A DNA stretch of 64,000 bases from Octopus bimaculoides (lineage: Eukaryota). The DNA lies in contig NC_068985.1 of the NCBI RefSeq assembly GCF_001194135.2, forward strand, positions 95,799,341-95,863,340, written 5' to 3'. A program made the translations under genes and the position numbers. This document shows positions 1 to 11,330 of this stretch, piece after piece (positions within the stretch are counted from its first letter, which is position 1; the number at the start of each line of letters is the position of its first letter). Under the pieces are notes generated by a model. The model was given only the letters and a program-made list of their open reading frames with translations, searched no databases and was not told the DNA's origin.

Positions 1-66
1 TATAAAGCAGCGGAAGTTGCTGGGGGAGGGGATGATAATTTACGTAGCCCAGAACAAATGGCATCC

Positions 67-884
67 TCAGCCACGCCCTGCGATAATGACCATGATGGTG
101 TTACTGCGGGGAATGGCCAGTAACACTTGCTGCAGAAGCCATTCAACCTCTTGGAGCTCATTTCTCTGATGGGCCACCATTATTCATTTTTTTTATCTTT
201 TTCCTACTCTAGGCACAAGGCCCGAAATTTTTGGGGAGGGTTCCAGTCGGTTAGATCGACCCCACTACACAACTGGTACTTAATTTATCGACTCCGAAAG
301 GATGAAAGGCAAAGTCGACCTCAGTGGAATTTGAACTCAGAACGTAAAAACCATTATTCATATTTTGCAGAGGGAATTGGTAGTATGGGGTCCTAGAACA
401 CCTGATGTCCCAACAGCAACTGGTATAAACTGATAACGACCAATCAGGCTCCTGTATTTATTGATTTTCTTCTCCTCTGCATTACAGGCAGCAACACTGA
501 GGTTTGGAACCAGAGAACATGTCGCTGCAAGTCCCGTCTCAGAGATCTGCTTCTCTTGAATGGAAAGAGGGTTATCCTGTTGGGGCACATACTGTCTCCA
601 TGGTCGAGACCTGCTGACTCAAGATGAGATGAAAAGCCAGCCCCATCAAGATCCCTTTTAATTATGTCATACAGAGCAGCGTGTCAGGGAAATCAACTTG
701 TGCTAAGTTTGCAGGCCAAATTCATCTTCTACCTCTCTACAGCAACATTCGTGTTTAAACTCCACCAAAGCATTAGACTGCTCCAATATGGGTGCACTCA
801 TCTAGAAGGGTATCAGTAGATGAGGAGGGCACTGAATTGAGCCACTTGCTGCTATTTGGTTGTGAGGTGGGACAGAGACAGACA
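67..884 (-). mobile_element. Degenerate 3' part of a CRE-clade non-LTR retrotransposon ORF (Cys knuckle plus restriction-like endonuclease), interrupted by a SINE at 188-349
   Basis: Manual minus-strand translation across frameshifts and stops gives SKWLNSVPSSSTDTLLDE..KHECCCREVEDEFGL..FP*HAALYDIIKRDLDGAGFSSHLESAGLDHGDSMCPNRITLFPFKRSRSLRRD..AACNAEEKKINKYRSLIGRYQFIPVAVGTSGVLGPHTTNSLCKI*IMVAHQRNELQEVEWLLQQVLLAIPRSN. This follows the CRE-like C-terminal pattern as I recall it (WL.A.PS..LGTLL, RHAALNDIIKRAL..AG..S.LEP.GL.RGDG.RPDG.T..P....R.L.WD, KK..KY..L....F.PVAVET.G..G, WL.QR.S.A..RGN). Confidence 0.85.
188..349 (-). mobile_element. SINE family 2 copy, 5'-truncated, inserted into the CRE remnant with a 12-bp TSD
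   Basis: Shares the core ggatgaaaggcaaagtcgacctcagtggaatttgaactcagaac with many other copies. Flanked by accattattcat at 176-187 and 350-361. Confidence 0.85.
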
Positions 885-885
885 A

Positions 886-1275
886 GTGTAGTGGGTGTTT
901 TTTGCATCCCACTGGCACAGGAGCCAGTCAGGCGGGCCTGGCATCAGCCATGTTCAGATGGTACTTTTTACGTGCCAGTCAGGCGGGCCTGGCATCGGCC
1001 ACGTGCGGATGGTGCTTTTTACGTGCCACTGATATGAGAGCCAGTCAGGTGGGCCTGGCATCGGCCACGTGCGGATGGTGCTTTTTACGTGCCACTGACA
1101 CGAGAGCCAGTCAGGCGGGCCTGGCATCGATCATGTTCAGATGGTGCTTTTTACATGCCACCAGCACAAGAGCCAGTCAGGTGGCCCTGGCATCAGCCAC
1201 ATTCAGATGGTGCTTTTTACGTGCCACCAGCACAAGAGCCAGTCATGGGGCACTGGCCACAGCTACGATATTGGT
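886..1275 (-). repeat. About six tandem ~60-bp subrepeats belonging to interspersed repeat family 3
   Basis: Unit gccagtcaggcgggcctggcatcggccacgtgcggatggtgctttttacgtgcca is reiterated. The same unit occurs inside family 3 copies at 28.2, 34.2 and 59.4 kb. It explains the overlapping ORFs at 792-1385. Confidence 0.8.
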
Positions 1276-1962
1276 TTTACTTGACTCAACAGGTCTTCTC
1301 AAACATATCATATCGCCCGATGCATCAGAGGTATAAATTAACAGGGCCAGACATGTGCAACTGCAATCTCACTTTAGTTGCCTAGTCTTCTCAATCACAG
1401 CATACCTCCAAAGGTCTTGATCTCCTGTGAGTCTCTGTGAGTCCCAGTGTTTGAAGATCATGCTCTGTTATTGTAGGTGTCACTTATTGTTGTTGCAATT
1501 ATTGTGATGAGTTTTTGTATTAATTATAAGTATTGCCTACCACTGGAATATAATTAATTGATTAATGAATACTATTGTATATCCACGAGATGATAAATTT
1601 TGCAAAATCTCGCACTTTTTTCTCTGTATGACATTCCCAAAAGTCTCCTGAGACATTGCATCTCTGTATCCTAGATTCTTCTTTGCTTTCAATTAATCAT
1701 GCTTTACTTTGTAGCTTTTAGATTTCAATGATGTGATTGTTTATTTTTAGAATGACATTGTAAAGTATCATAGATACGAGAGGCTAAATCTGGCTTGTTT
1801 GAATAAAGAACAAGTAGAACATTTTGGATTGGAGATGGCCAGTTTAAATATTAAAGGGTTAGCGAATGTATAACTGTTATTTCTAGCATATCAAGCAACC
1901 ACATGGAGGCTCCATCATTGTCCTGTGAGCAGACAAAGAGTATGAGATAGGAAGAAGTAAAA

Positions 1963-2140
1963 TTAACAGAAACCAATTTCGGTATCTTTCTTTTTCACCC
2001 TGAAACCACAGTCGAGTCTATAATCTTCATCGTAGTCAACAGTTGTCAGCCACTTGGTGATTCCATTTGTTAAATGCATACCAGAAATATTGTTAGACAT
2101 GTCAGTGCGAAATAACGTCATGGAAGCCCAAGTGCCATAT
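1963..2140 (-). CDS. Candidate terminal (or internal) exon of an unidentified gene
   Basis: Acceptor tttgtctttag|A. Open 58 codons (YGTWASMTLFRTDMSNNISGMHLTNGITKWLTTVDYDEDYRLDCGFRVKKKDTEIGFC*) in unique, non-repeat sequence. Phase matches the exon at 2261-2307. A possible earlier donor AGG|GTGAAA lies at 1999/1998. Confidence 0.45.
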
Positions 2141-2260
2141 CTAAAGACAAATATAGTTGGGTGTGGTTGATTCTGTAAGAAGAGTATGGGAACCATAAAT
2201 AAAGATGGCATATCATTGTTGCTATTTACAGTTTGTGATGAGGAAAATCAAGTTGCATAC

Positions 2261-2307
2261 TGTAATGGATCCCCGTGGTGAAAATTTGGAAGATTTCTTG
2301 ATTTCTC
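2261..2307 (-). CDS. Candidate 47-nt internal exon of the same unidentified gene
   Basis: Acceptor tttttatttttggcag|GAG and donor ACA|gtatgc. Reads EKSRNLPNFHHGDPL+CA and joins 1963-2140 in frame (CA+A=Gln) across a 120-bp intron. Confidence 0.42.
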
Positions 2308-2959
2308 CTGCCAAAAATAAAAACCAGCCAAATAAACTAAATGCTGTTCTTTGTGTGTTGATATATATACATACTCTTCAATGGTTTGCAGCCAAACATT
2401 ATAAAACGAGATATATTTGCAAAACTGTTGCAGAATTTTAGTTGGTTGTTTCTGATGACTACTAAACTGACATTACAAGTTTGGCAAATGCTCCACGGCA
2501 GCTTGTATTAAGTTTTATATATCATCAGACAAAAATTATTTTTAGATTAGTTATACTAGACATAGCAATCTATCTTCTTGTGGCAGTGTATCAGTGAAAG
2601 AGAGAAGTAGAAAAGAGACGTCTTCCCCCAAAGCACTTTATATTTCTGTATCTTTCCTAGATTTTCAAAATAAAATAGAGGTATATTGTCATTGACAAGG
2701 AGTTATCTCCCTTATATCAGACCTCTCTTGTTAGTAGAACCAGGTTTCACAATCAAATATTCCTAAATTATGCCATCTTTATAAAACTAGTTTTACATCT
2801 TGATATTCTCCCACATTTTTTTAAACATATTTTGTTCTGGTTAATATAAGAAATTAGTGAAGAATTACTGATGTATTAAATAACACTAAACAATAAGTAA
2901 TTGTTAAAGAGGACAACAAACGTTCATACAAGACAAACATCTCAAGCCATATACATTAT

Positions 2960-3260
2960 TATTATTGGTAAAATTCAAAGTCTTACAGCTGTTTCTGGGA
3001 TATCCCACAGTATGGGATATTCCATCATCAGAGACAAATAGGGAAAACGTGAAGGGTATAGATTAATGAAATGACATAGAGGGCAGGAGAAAAGGAATAA
3101 AGAGAAGAAAAAAGAAGCATAATGGTTCACTCTTCAACATTTTGACTGTGTAGATGTTAGTCCATAAGTCCTTAGGTGCAATCCTGTGTAAGTCCATGTA
3201 GGCTCAAGTCTTAAAAGTTTAAATATCCAGAAATAAACGCGAACATAAGTGAATGGTAGT
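2960..3260 (-). mobile_element. Penelope-like element terminal-repeat remnant
   Basis: Minus strand at 3185-3240 resembles the GIY-YIG C-terminus (FWIFKL..LEP.HGL, with small indels). It is followed by a pyrimidine tract, the hammerhead and a ttttaccaataata tail. Confidence 0.6.
2980..3035 (-). ncRNA. Minimal type I hammerhead ribozyme
   Basis: Minus strand reads GUCU-CUGAUGA-UGGAAUAUCCCA/UACUG/UGGGAUAUCCCA-GAAA-C-AGCU-G-UA^AGAC. It has the full catalytic core, an 11/12-bp stem II, a palindromic stem III loop, a GUA cleavage triplet and a 4-bp stem I. Confidence 0.82.
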
Positions 3261-3370
3261 GGAGGTCGCTATTAAGGGGTAATGAGAAAGAAAAATAGAA
3301 GGAGGTAGAGAGAGTGAGGGAGGAAAGCAAAGATTGGTATTAAGGATAAAATAAGGTATATAACAATATA

Positions 3371-3740
3371 CTCTTTTATTTGTTTCAGTCATTTGACTGC
3401 GGTCATACTGGTGCACTGCCTTTAGTCGAACAAATCAACCCCAGGACTTATTCTTTGTAAGCCTTGTACTTACTTATTCTATTGGCCTCTTTTGCTGAAC
3501 CGCTAAATTACAGGGACGTAAACACACCAGCATCAGTTGTCAAGTGATGGTGGTGGGACAAACACACACACATATGATGGGCTTCCTTCAGTTTCTGTCT
3601 ACCAAATCCATTCACAAGGCTTTAGTCAGCCCAAGGCTATATAGTAGAAGACACTTGCCCAAGGTGCCACGCAGTGGGACTGAACCCGGAACCATGTGGT
3701 TGGTAAGCAAGCTACTTACCACACAGCCACTCCTGTGCCT
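3371..3740 (-). mobile_element. tRNA-derived SINE family 1, near full length
   Basis: Head ggcacaggagtggctgtgtggt (A box) ... gggttcagtccc (B box), internal microsatellite and tail ccagcatggccgcagtcaaatgactgaaacaa. More than 20 related copies occur in the window. Confidence 0.85.
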
Positions 3741-3944
3741 ATATCCCTATTTTTGTTAGTAAATTCTCTGAATTTCTCAAAATTCTTCTAAATGACAATT
3801 GGAACTACTTGTCATACACGATGAATTACCTTGGGTGTGTATCCTACTTGCATTTATTGACATCGGATTCTTTGATATGGTTAACCAAATTCGTTTAAAA
3901 CAGTGCTTCATTGATACCTGACTAGATTTTTAAATCTCTTTTTT

Positions 3945-3958
3945 AGATCGGAAGAGCG
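3945..3958 (+). other. Illumina adapter remnant (assembly artefact) next to the N-gap at 3959-4118
   Basis: AGATCGGAAGAGCG immediately precedes the gap. Confidence 0.85.
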
Positions 3959-4539
3959 NNNNNNNNNNNNNNNNNNNNNNNNNNNNNNNNNNNNNNNNNN
4001 NNNNNNNNNNNNNNNNNNNNNNNNNNNNNNNNNNNNNNNNNNNNNNNNNNNNNNNNNNNNNNNNNNNNNNNNNNNNNNNNNNNNNNNNNNNNNNNNNNNN
4101 NNNNNNNNNNNNNNNNNNGAGAGAGAGAGAGAGAGAGAGAGTTGATGTTATAAGAATTTTATGAACTTTTGAGGGAGCAAGAAATAATTACTTTTTGGAA
4201 TGGATCACAGAGCGCACATAAAGCTATACAGGTTTTCCAACCCATTATTTATATACTTTTATTTATAGCTTTTGATGTGCTACAAGATCCATTCCAGAAA
4301 AGAAAATTTATATAACAATAACATAGTTATTATATCAATATTTTTCATGTGCATATACATTGGAATAAAAGGATTAAGTGGAAAAATAGAAAAGCTGATT
4401 TTGGTCAAAACTTTATTGAAAACGGAAAAAAAAAATAATAATAATAAAAGGAAAATTTAAGTAAATATACATGGAAAAATGGCAAAATACTGTTAGTAAA
4501 AAAAAAGTAGGTCAAAATCAAATATATATTCATACTCGC

Positions 4540-4841
4540 GTGTATATATATATATGTACATTTGTATATATATATATATTTAATTTTAGATACATATATA
4601 TTTATGTAAACATATGCATATCTACGCAAATATATAAATACATATACATACACTGTATATATAAATTTACATGCATAAAATGATATATATTTGTATGTGT
4701 ATATATATAGATATATATATATATATAATTTTAGATACATATATAAACACATATGCATGTTTACATAAATATATATACGCAAATATATAAATACATGTAC
4801 ATACACTGCATATATAAATTTACATGCATAAAATATATATT

Positions 4842-4876
<35 letters not shown>

Positions 4877-4930
4877 TCACACACACACATTATACATATA
4901 TATACATATCTCCATAACTGTGCATACATA
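4540..4930. repeat. Compound TA/CA microsatellite with a duplicated ~140-bp block
   Basis: The block aattttagatacatatata...tacgcaaatatataaatacat...tatataaatttacatgcataaaat occurs at about 4580-4710 and 4725-4850. Confidence 0.75.
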
Positions 4931-5406
4931 CACACCCATGATTATATATATTTATAAATTTTATGCATTGCTGCTCCAATAAAGCTAATTCCTACCTATA
5001 GTCTGCCAGTGAACCAGTGATTCCACATAATTTCACAGCATGTATTGACTTCTGTTACAAAACCAGTTTGCTTGGTTGTACAACCAAGCTTACCAAACAG
5101 CACAGCAATATGTATACACACCCACACATGTGTATATGCACTCGCATACATGTAAAGCTATATACTAAACCGGTGACTATGTTCAAGCTTGATTTTTTTT
5201 TTTTTTGTTTCGAAGGATTTCTCTTATTTCTTTATTAGCCCTTTGTGTTTGGATTTGAGCTATAATATTCCCTAAACCATTAACATATTGATGACGGGGA
5301 AACTTTTACAATCCTATTTTCAAAATAAAGTGCCATTAACGATAATATATATATATATATGTATGTGTATATATATATATATATATACATATATGTATTT
5401 TTGTAC

Positions 5407-5587
5407 GTAGCCTAATGTATACAGGAATGTTGTTTGTTCCAATCTAAAACATTAAGCATTATTATGAGAATATGAAAAATAACAAATAAATTTGTGGTAT
5501 GGCAGTAGCCTAATGGATACAGGAATGTTGTTCCGATATAAAACGTTAAGGATTATTATTATGAGAATATGGAAAATAACAAATAAA
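5407..5587. repeat. Local tandem duplication of about 85 bp
   Basis: gtagcctaatg(t/g)atacaggaatgttgtt...attatgagaatatg(a/g)aaaataacaaataaa occurs twice. Confidence 0.8.
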
Positions 5588-6733
5588 AGATCAGACTTGA
5601 GCATAGTTGCGTTTTTAATGTTTTAAAGAAAAGCTACTCCCTATTTACATGAATAGGGATTCACATATACATGTGCATATATGCAATCAATCAATATATA
5701 TATATATATCATATCATATATATATCATATATATGGCTATTTCTTAAAGCTGAAAAAAATCTTCACAAACTGTTCTCAGATTTTCATGTGACTGATCATC
5801 AGACAATTGTAACGATACTGTCACAAACTGACTGGCAAAAAGGTAACGTGAAACTGATTAACAATTTGTGAAAATTTATTTTGGCTTTAATAAATAACAT
5901 ACTATTTATTCTACCTTTGGTATTCGAGCACTGTTCTGTTTTTGCATCAATATGCTTGCAATGTGTGAGCGTGTGTATATATACATGCACATATATTAAT
6001 AGAAATACATACCTACATACTTATGCATACACCCCTATGTGTATATGTGGGTGCTTATATATATCTACATGCATGTAGATACACACCCCACATGAGCATA
6101 TTCAGGTAAATAAGGAAATAAAAAGAATTTTAAAAAATTTAAGGAAAACGGAAAAATGAAGAAATCATATGGAAGACTTTAAAAAGAAAATTTTTTTTTA
6201 AATTGCTAGACAGGCTTTGAGAGAAAAAGGTTGCAGGGTGGAATGGGTTAATTGGGAACTTGAGTATTGTAATAAGCACAAATCACATATTAAGGTACTT
6301 GACCACACTGGCTAGTTGAGGTTGTCCAAAACATCTCTTTAATAATGTCCACTTTATTGAGCTAAGTGAAAAAATAAACTTTTAACAACTGCGACACAAT
6401 GTTAATCTGAACACAAGAGATTTTGTTTTTATTGAGAAAGTTTATTTCAAGTATAAAGTTTTATAGAGGCAAATTCATAAAGATGTTAGTTTGTGTGTGT
6501 TTATATACATATATATTTATATACATGTGTATATATGTATATATATTTAGATATATATATATATGCATATACACGCACATAAATAAATATGGACATGTAT
6601 TTGTGGATCATGGTATATATTCATGGCAAATATGTATTTATGCAGATAAATCCCAACAAACCACTTGCATAAAATAGAAATATGGAACATGTAACCAATT
6701 CAAAAATTCAACTTTTTTTTCAAAAAATATTAC

Positions 6734-6821
6734 CCAATATTCTACATGTCGAAAAGCTATGAATATGTCTTGGAAGTTGGGGGACACAGCCCCAAATTCA
6801 GAAGTTGAAACTGGCAGTTTG
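6734..6821 (-). CDS. Candidate internal exon whose 5' end is lost in the gap at 6822-6831
   Basis: Open frame KLPVSTSEFGAVSPNFQDIFIAFRHVEYW ends at donor TGG|gtaata (phase 0), compatible with the exon at 2261-2307. Confidence 0.33.
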
Positions 6822-6833
6822 NNNNNNNNNNTG

Positions 6834-6875
<42 letters not shown>

Positions 6876-8399
6876 GTGTGTGTGTATGTGTATACATACA
6901 CAAACACATGTGTGCGTATGTACACATACACAAGTAATGAATGATAAGGAAACAGAAATAACGTAATCAACTTCAAAAGCTTATAGCCATGTTTGGCTCC
7001 AAAGAAGCTACAGGATGTTGCACAAACACTCAGTTCTGAGTGTACAGCTTTTCATATGAGAAACGCCTGCAAGCCAATGAAGGTGACTATGAGACTCTTG
7101 CTCTCTTTCCATTCATTGATATTATGCCTCGCACTGCATCTGAACCGTAAATATATTGAGTTCTAACAACCACCTATTAACATCCATTATGCCTAAGTGC
7201 AAAGGCTACTAGTAGTTTCATGTAAGAAGGAATCTCTTAATTGCCAAGCATGCCACATGGGAACGTGTCCGATATTAGCATATTATCTGTCTATAGTTTC
7301 TGCAAAATATAATCTACAGATTTTAAAAGTTATTAACTATACACTACATATACATACCTTTTCTGAGAATACCAGTAATATATGTAGCCAAAAAGATCAA
7401 AGTGAGAATAGTACACTGTTTGACACTCATTCTCCCTCAGTAAAATATTATTATCATTATTATTATTATTAATGCTTCCTCCCCCCATACACCTGAATTA
7501 AAATAGAAAAATATGATGAGGGTAGAGACAAAAGGCTCACTGCCAGCAAAACAGTTTGACACACAATAGAAGCTCTGATTTGTACATATTAATTAATGAG
7601 TCCATCATTAATTAATTAGTTCATTAATATATATAATTTCAGGCAGTTTTGACATTATAGCATTTCCAGTTAAAAAAAATTTGAGATTAAGAAAAAATGA
7701 ATTCCACAACATTTTTCAAAAAAATGGAATTATATTTAAATCAGAAACTAGATTTATGAATAAAAATAGAAAATTGGCTTCGTACATACTATATATATAA
7801 ATATATATATACACACACATTACATATACATGCTCACATACATGTGTATGCATTCATACACATGTATGTATGCATACACGTATGTACATACATGTATATA
7901 CACATGTATACATACGCACGCACTCATAATCCTGAAGAAGATAAAATTTTCGTAAATATAAAGGCATTTATGTCACAGTAAAATACATGTTCAACAAAGC
8001 TGCACAATGAAAACTGTTCTGGGTGGATATATTTAACGATGTTTATTTTTTTTTAATTTTAAACCAGTTCCACAGAGTGTACAAGAATAAACGATGCCAA
8101 TAAACAAAGTTCGTTTAGAGATTTTTTTTAACGTTTTTTTTTTTTTTTTTTTTTTTTTATTAGTAACAGCAGTATTATAATGATAAGTTTTTCCATATTT
8201 CATGCAAGTTAAATACTTTTTATTCCACATACAAAAATTTGGGGATTTAAAAAAAAATTTTTTATTGTTATTCTTGTCCAAAAGATATGAATTAAAATGA
8301 CAAAAAAAATAATTAATGGTAACTTATTAGCAATTGAAATATATAATCTATAGTAATAATAATGTTCGGCTTATTGTAACAGCACACATAACAGGTACA

Positions 8400-8420
8400 T
8401 GACACACATACATATTTGTG

Positions 8421-8465
<45 letters not shown>

Positions 8466-8541
8466 CCATACATGTGTATATGTATATATACACACAATGA
8501 TATACACATACATATACACACATATATACAAACACAGCTAC

Positions 8542-8573
<32 letters not shown>

Positions 8574-9135
8574 TAATATATATATAATATATATATAATA
8601 TATATAATATATATATAATATATATAATATATATATAATATATATAATATATATAATATATATAATATATATAATATATATAATATATATATAATATATA
8701 TAATATATATAATATATATAATATATATAATATATATAATATATATAATATATATAATATATATAATATATANNNNNNNNNNNNNNNNNNNNNNNNNNNN
8801 NNNNNNNNNNNNNNNNNNNNNNNNNNNNNNNNNNNNNNNNNNNNNNNNNNNNNNNNNNNNNNNNNNNNNNNNNNNNNNNNNNTATATATATAATATATAT
8901 ATAATATATATATAATATATATATAATATATATATAATATATATATAATATATATATAATATATATATAATATATATATAATATATATATAATATATATA
9001 ATATATATAATATATATAATATATATAATATATATAATATATATAATATATATAATATATATAATATATACAATATATACATATATATATAATATACATG
9101 CATACACACACATGTATACATACACACACACATGT
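8400..9135. repeat. (TATATAA/TATATATAA)n satellite with flanking TA/CA microsatellites and an N-gap at 8773-8882
   Basis: Read directly from the sequence. Source of the YI-repeat ORFs. Confidence 0.95.
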
Positions 9136-10045
9136 AAAAGTACATCTATGTAGATTAACACATACACGTTTGGATGTGCAAACCTAAGTGGGTGGAGAGG
9201 CAAAAGAACTCAATACATACAGTCAAGCATATTCATTTGAAATTGATGATTCACAGCCATTGCTAGAAAGAGTTCCACACAATTTGCAATCCTTTTTATT
9301 GCTCAAAAGATTTCACAAACAAATGAGAATTCTACGTTGCAACAGCAAACACTCAATTTCGAACAAATATATACACACAAACATACATACATACATACAT
9401 ACATACATACATACATACATGTGTGTGCATAACTCATATATACAGATCTCTATAAACCATGTCTACATACATCCGCATACATACGTACATCTCTTGATAT
9501 ATAAAAGCCATATTAAGCTATATATATGTAAGCTGAATTCTTGGGCTGTCAACCACTGAAATGTAGAGGTCTACAAGGCTGTACAATTCTTTGCAATGTT
9601 GAAACAATCAAGTTACCACAAAAAAAATTCACGTTATATGACTGAGCTTTTTCGGATGCATATTTTTGTTTGTTTTTCTTTGAGTAGGCTTCAATAAGCC
9701 CAAAGTTGGTAGCAACGACTTTCTGACACCTGCTGATGAGGCTAGATTAAGTATCAGAGACATGGTACTTTCATGTATTTCAACAAAAAAATATATAAGT
9801 ACAGAACAGAAGTGTTATGATGGTCCAAAAATGGCAGCAGGCACATATACTGCGGTTACCAAGGAGAGTTCAAGATGGATAAGAGAATAGAAAACAGAAG
9901 ATAAGGATGTAGGGTAGAATTCTCACGACCAAAAAAGGTCAATAGCAGATATCAGACTGGTACTGGTGATATAAATGCTAGACAGTTTGTAGTTGATGGT
10001 TAAAATTTGTACCAAATCAGTCCTGCTTCGTTCAAATTGGAGTCT

Positions 10046-10245
10046 TTAGATTGCGTTTGATGAATCGGCACAACTGACTCCACAATAAAGCAAACTACTG
10101 AGGAGTGACATAGCAGTGGCACCGACTGCAAGCCAGAAGCTCCATCCGAAAGTGCTATTGAACATGTTGTCTTTGGTTAGTGACACTTCGTACTGTGTGT
10201 GACACATGGCACCAAATGTACAAACAGCAGATAACAGGATCAAGA
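10046..10245 (-). CDS. Last coding exon of a PMP22/EMP/MP20/claudin-superfamily four-TM protein (TM3 end, ECL2, TM4)
   Basis: Acceptor tgtttgctttttcag|TC. Reads LILLSAVCTFGAMCHTQYEVSLTKDNMFNSTFGWSFWLAVGATAMSLLSSLLYCGVSCADSSNAI* with the GWSFWLA motif. Stop TAA at 10046-10048. Confidence 0.85.
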
Positions 10246-10354
10246 CTGAAAAAGCAAACAGAAAAGAAGTTATTAATTAATTAAAAGGAAAAGAAGTTAT
10301 TAATTGTTAGGGGAAATATTATCAGATTAAAGTGGATTAATACTTCAGCATTCA

Positions 10355-10585
10355 GTATCCTCATCGTCATTCAATGTCTGTTTTCCATGCTGGCATGGAT
10401 TGGATGAGCTGACCAGCTGCACCAGGTTCCAGTCTGGAAGCCTTTTTCGTAATGCCAACCACTTTACAGTGTGTGCTGGGTGCTGTTAACGTGACACTAC
10501 ATGAGCATGTTCACATGGCACCAGCACGAGTGCCTCTTATGTGGCACTGGCACACCACTCTCGCAGACCAATCCTCTTTTATTCC
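10355..10585 (-). mobile_element. Family 3 retroposon copy within the claudin-like intron
   Basis: catcgtcattcaatgtctgttttccatgctggcatgg... is the reverse complement of the shared catggaaaacagacattaaacgatgatg tail. Confidence 0.7.
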
Positions 10586-11023
10586 CATTGTCATGAATAA
10601 ATCATGCACCATCTCAATAGCTGCAAGATTTCAATGATGTGTTGCTTGTCTTTAGAATGGCATTGTAAGGCAAGTACAAGAGGCTGGACCTGATCAGTTT
10701 TATACAAAACAAGTAGAATATTTATTTGAATCAGATCTCGATGGAATTATAAATTGAAGCTGTTCCTTGGTTAGCACACCTGCAAATATCAGCTGAAAGG
10801 TTATATATAACTATTTGGTTTACCTGAAAGAAAACAGTTGATACAAACTGAAATTCTAATGGCTGAGAAATTATTTGCAGAGTGTAATACGTCCAATGAA
10901 AGCACAGAATTTATAGTATTACATTTCATTGTTTAGTTACACTTGTTTTGACACTAAATGGCACATACATTTCATGATGCCGAGTTAAACTGTTATTAAA
11001 AACATATATAACTCTGGCAAAGT

Positions 11024-11092
11024 TAAAGAATACACACACCCAGTGATTAGGGTTAGGGTTACGCCGAAAACAGGTGGTGTGCATATTCTTTA
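11024..11092. repeat. Small inverted-repeat element enclosing (TTAGGG)2
   Basis: taaagaatacacacacc / ggtgtgcatattcttta (15/17 inverted match). TTAGGGTTAGGGTTA at 11047-11061. Confidence 0.55.
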
Positions 11093-11126
11093 CTGTCACC
11101 ATAACTCCTACATAGAAACATTATAT

Positions 11127-11330
11127 GTTGGTGTTTGTCCTCCACCACTACCACTTGACAACTGGTGTTGGTGTGTTTACATCCCCGTAATTTAGTGGTT
11201 CCATAAAAGAAATTGACAGAATAAGCACCAGGCTTTCTTAGAAAGAAAAAAAAAAAGCAAGTACTGGGGTCAATTCATTTGACTAAAACTAAAAAACTGA
11301 AGATGGTGCTCCAGGAAACAAGTAAAATAA
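11127..11330 (+). mobile_element. SINE family 1, 3' half
   Basis: gtgtttgtcctcc...acttgacaac...gtgtttacatccccgtaatttag...gtactggggtcaattcatttgactaaa. Confidence 0.7.

Noticed and set aside
792-1385. Overlapping repetitive ORFs and a CRISPR-like regular spacing
   Set aside because: Tandem ~60-bp subrepeat of a dispersed retroposon. There are no unique spacers or cas genes, and the context is eukaryotic.
4992-5047. Exon-like segment (KSIHAVKLCGITGSLADY) between the candidate gene's exons
   Set aside because: Its phase-2 end is incompatible with the phase-0 start of exon 2261-2307, and the acceptor is weak.
8135-8160. Genomic poly(T) as the 3' end of a processed retrocopy or the claudin-like poly(A) site
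   Set aside because: No TSD or intronless copy; genomic A-runs are common here and would only cause internal priming.
8348-9203. Long ORFs of 220-265 aa
   Set aside because: Translations of (TATATAA)n satellite and N-gap; no real coding signal.
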